DNA from: Raillietiella orientalis
Taxonomy: Eukaryota
Assembly: GCA_036172245.1 (NCBI GenBank)
Contig: JAYWIR010000032.1
Location: forward strand, 930,001-994,000
Reading direction: 5' to 3'
DNA length: 64,000 nt
A program made the position numbers and the translations under genes. Shown here piece after piece: positions 61,300 through 64,000 of the stretch. The notes under the pieces were generated by a model that was given only the letters and a program-made list of their open reading frames with translations, made no database searches and was not told where the DNA came from. Position 1 is the stretch's first letter; every line of letters begins with the position of its first letter.

Positions 61300-63120
61300 C
61301 CCCCCCCCAAGGCGAAAAGGAAACGCAGCAAAACAGGTAAGGCACAAATTCATTCGAAAGGCCCCGTTCGACACGCACAACAAGATCAGACCCTAAAAGT
61401 TGTGCGATGGGAATTCGAAGCGCCAGGCCTTTCCCGATCTGCCGTTTGATCCGGGAGTCCTCTAGGCAGAAGCGGGCTGTCTGCAGCGAGCGACAAAAAA
61501 AATGCCCAGGTTCGCGAAGTCCACACCGGGAAGTTTCGGGACCGCGGGTCCTGACGAAAGGGGATGGGGGAATAGGGGATAGGGGAATCACGGTGAATTG
61601 CCTTCCCCCACACGGCTCGGCAACCCGCTCCTCGGAAGCAGGCCAAGCACCAACTCGCCAAGGAGGCACCCGAGGTGCGTGGAACACTCTCAGTCTCGAG
61701 GCCTCTCTCACACGCCCTGTCCCCCACGAAAGCTTTCCCGCTTTCATCAACGAGAAGTGCTTAATGGAAAAAGACTCTCCCAGACAGGACAGAAACTGGA
61801 ACCATTGATCCTCACGTGATTTTTCTTTTGTTTTTTTTTTTGGCTTTCACTCGAACACTCCCTCGAAAAAAAAAAAAAAGGCCAAAAATCGCCTGCATAA
61901 CTGCGATCGCTTGCAATTGTAAATTGAGAGTGCACGATTCTGAGGATTGACTCCTTGATCAATAGATCCGGGGCAGCGGAGCGGGCGTGCCACTTCTACA
62001 AACAGCAATAAAGCTGCAGCCCAATAAAAGTGGGAGTCGACTAAGCACGAGAACATTTTGTCCCTCCACTTTGCTCGCAAAAGCCATGAGGATGCTTGCG
62101 TCCAGGAGCCACGGATCTCCTGTTTATGGATCGCCTATTCTCTGCCACGGAGCCTGCTTCCCTTCATCTCTCCGTGGGCAGGCACCTGCATGCGTTCTGC
62201 TCTTTGAATTTAAAAAGACCTGCTAATTTCCTGCTTCAGGTTGGAATCACTGAAGGGAAGGGTGGGGGGGGAGGGTTCCAGAGATGGAGGCGGACCAAGA
62301 GAAGGGAAGCGGCGGTGTTTCCTAGATACATTGCCTCTTCGACGGAAACTCGGACGAAGGGGCACGTGCCCTAAAACCGACCTGGTGACACGCACGACTG
62401 CACGCTTTGATGCGACCGTAGACGTCGCTGCGATGCGGAAAGAGCGCTTGGGCATGGAAGGAATGTACAATCGGCTGGTTTTGCATTTCCGCGAGACAAT
62501 GGCAGCAGAGGTCACTCCGACAGGAATGCCCATCAGCATTCTGCAATTACGAAAAGTGAAAGTGCTTGCTTGTTCCCATAGGGAATGAGTGTGCTCTTTC
62601 TGATGCAGACGCATCTCCACGGATTTCGAAGACCGAGGTGGAGCATTGGGGCGTGGAGGTCAAAGTGTGCGTATCAAACACGCTCAGGCATAAAACTCTG
62701 GATCGCCGGGTGGGAATCTGGAACCAACAGAAAGCTACGACGAGTCCGGGTCATTGAACATTACTACGTGGAGGAACATAATTCATCCTCCAGTGACAAC
62801 TATGTAGCGGAGAACGACCTCTTCTTAAGGCAGCCTGAATCATTAGTTAAAGCTGATGATCACTATTTCGCAAGATGGCAGATTAGAAGAATCCTCCGAG
62901 ATGAAGCGGCCAACAGATTTCGTGACGTAACGCCTCAAGGTGAACTCATTGGTCGTGTGTCATCTCCCTTTCAAGAAAAAGCATTGCAAGAGGAACAGCA
63001 TGCTAAAGGTATATGCTACCACGGTACTTTTATTTTCACCCGGTCACGACGGGACGTTTATTGTTAAAGGAAAAAATAATGAAAAAATCAGATACAAGAT
63101 AAAAAATGTTTTTCTTCCTA
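61300..63120 (+). mobile_element. Two tandem Ginger-like integrase relics, the second with a GPY/F-like end
   Basis: PQG..HKFIRKAPF, CSERQK; then QVGI, RYIASSTETRTK, HWGVEVKVCVSNTLRHKT, CYHGTFIF. Confidence 0.52.
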
Positions 63121-63361
63121 GTGGCTGCACATCACCACTACCAAGAGAAATGCCTCGGAGACGCTGCTTCTCCGGTGAGCAGCTCCCCCGATGAGGTCAG
63201 CACAGGAGTGGTGAGAGAAGGGGTAAACAAAAACAAAAGAGAGCACAAAAGTTCAGTTTAAAAGTATGTTGGGGATAGGAGGGGGGCAAGGGAAGGGATC
63301 ACAGATTTCTTCCTGGGGCCTTCAGCGTCCTCTGGAGGTTGTTGGTAACTTCCTCCAAGGC

Positions 63362-64000
63362 CCGCGTCGGAGGCCTTGTGGTTAAGGCTTCCGCATGTGG
63401 TACCATGGGTCGCGGGTTCGAATACTTTGGCAGAAACGGACGCCACTGCGTCGTCGGGTTCCGAGTTTCTCCTGCAAGATGGCGCTGGTTGGCCGAGACA
63501 TTCGGGCGTGGCACCGGCGGTGGATTAAGCCGGAGGCCTCCCATGAAGGCCGGAACAACGGGAGTCGACCTTCGGGTCCTCCCAGGAATCAAGGAGTGGG
63601 GAGTTCCTCCTCCTGTCGTGCAACGGAGAGCGGACCACCCACACCGGGGGGATCCCTCCGGTTTCAAGATGGAGCAGGAGCCTTCACAGGCACCTCTCCA
63701 GTTGTTCAAAGGAGCGGACCCTCCCCGTTGCGGGAGGACCCTCCGAATCGTCGCCTCTTCACAGAGTGCACAAGGAAGCAAGCGAGAGCGATTCCCTGCA
63801 GGAAGCTGCAGCGCCCCTTCTGAGTTTCGGAAGCGTCCCTTCGGGGTTCTCTTCAGAGGAGTGAACAGGAGCGGTTCCCTTGCGGGTTCCCTCCGGAGAA
63901 ATTCCTACAAGCGGATCCTTTCCAAGTTCCCTTCGGAGAAGAAAAAATGGAGAGGACCACCCCCTATTAAGGGGGGTGAGGAAGGAGATTCCCTTCGGGG
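63362..64000 (+). mobile_element. SINE copy, runs off the window edge
   Basis: A box AGGCCTTGTGG 63371-63381, B box GGGTTCGAATAC 63414-63425, body with UUCG hairpins. Confidence 0.82.

Noticed and set aside
63362..63440. tRNA gene
   Set aside because: Has A and B boxes but no complete cloverleaf, and is always attached to the SINE body.

Overview
GC-rich animal genomic DNA, most likely an arthropod (inferred from the gene content and the D3 region of a 28S fragment). Two host genes lie on the minus strand. The first is a spliced madd-4/nolo-type ADAMTS-like gene: 10 phase-compatible coding exons were traced from 30443 down to 7924, and its 3' end was not found. The second is a small InaF-motif membrane protein gene at about 56.1-56.4 kb. 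The rest is mostly transposon relics: many decayed Tx1/L1-clade LINEs (several nested, sharing a 3' hairpin terminus), about 12 copies of a long tRNA-headed SINE, and one decayed 28S rDNA fragment just upstream of a Tx1 element. From about 45.9 to 63.1 kb there is a dense run of roughly a dozen co-oriented Ginger/gypsy-type integrase relics surrounding the InaF gene. All transposon calls are by-eye motif matches across frameshifts, and their boundaries are approximate.
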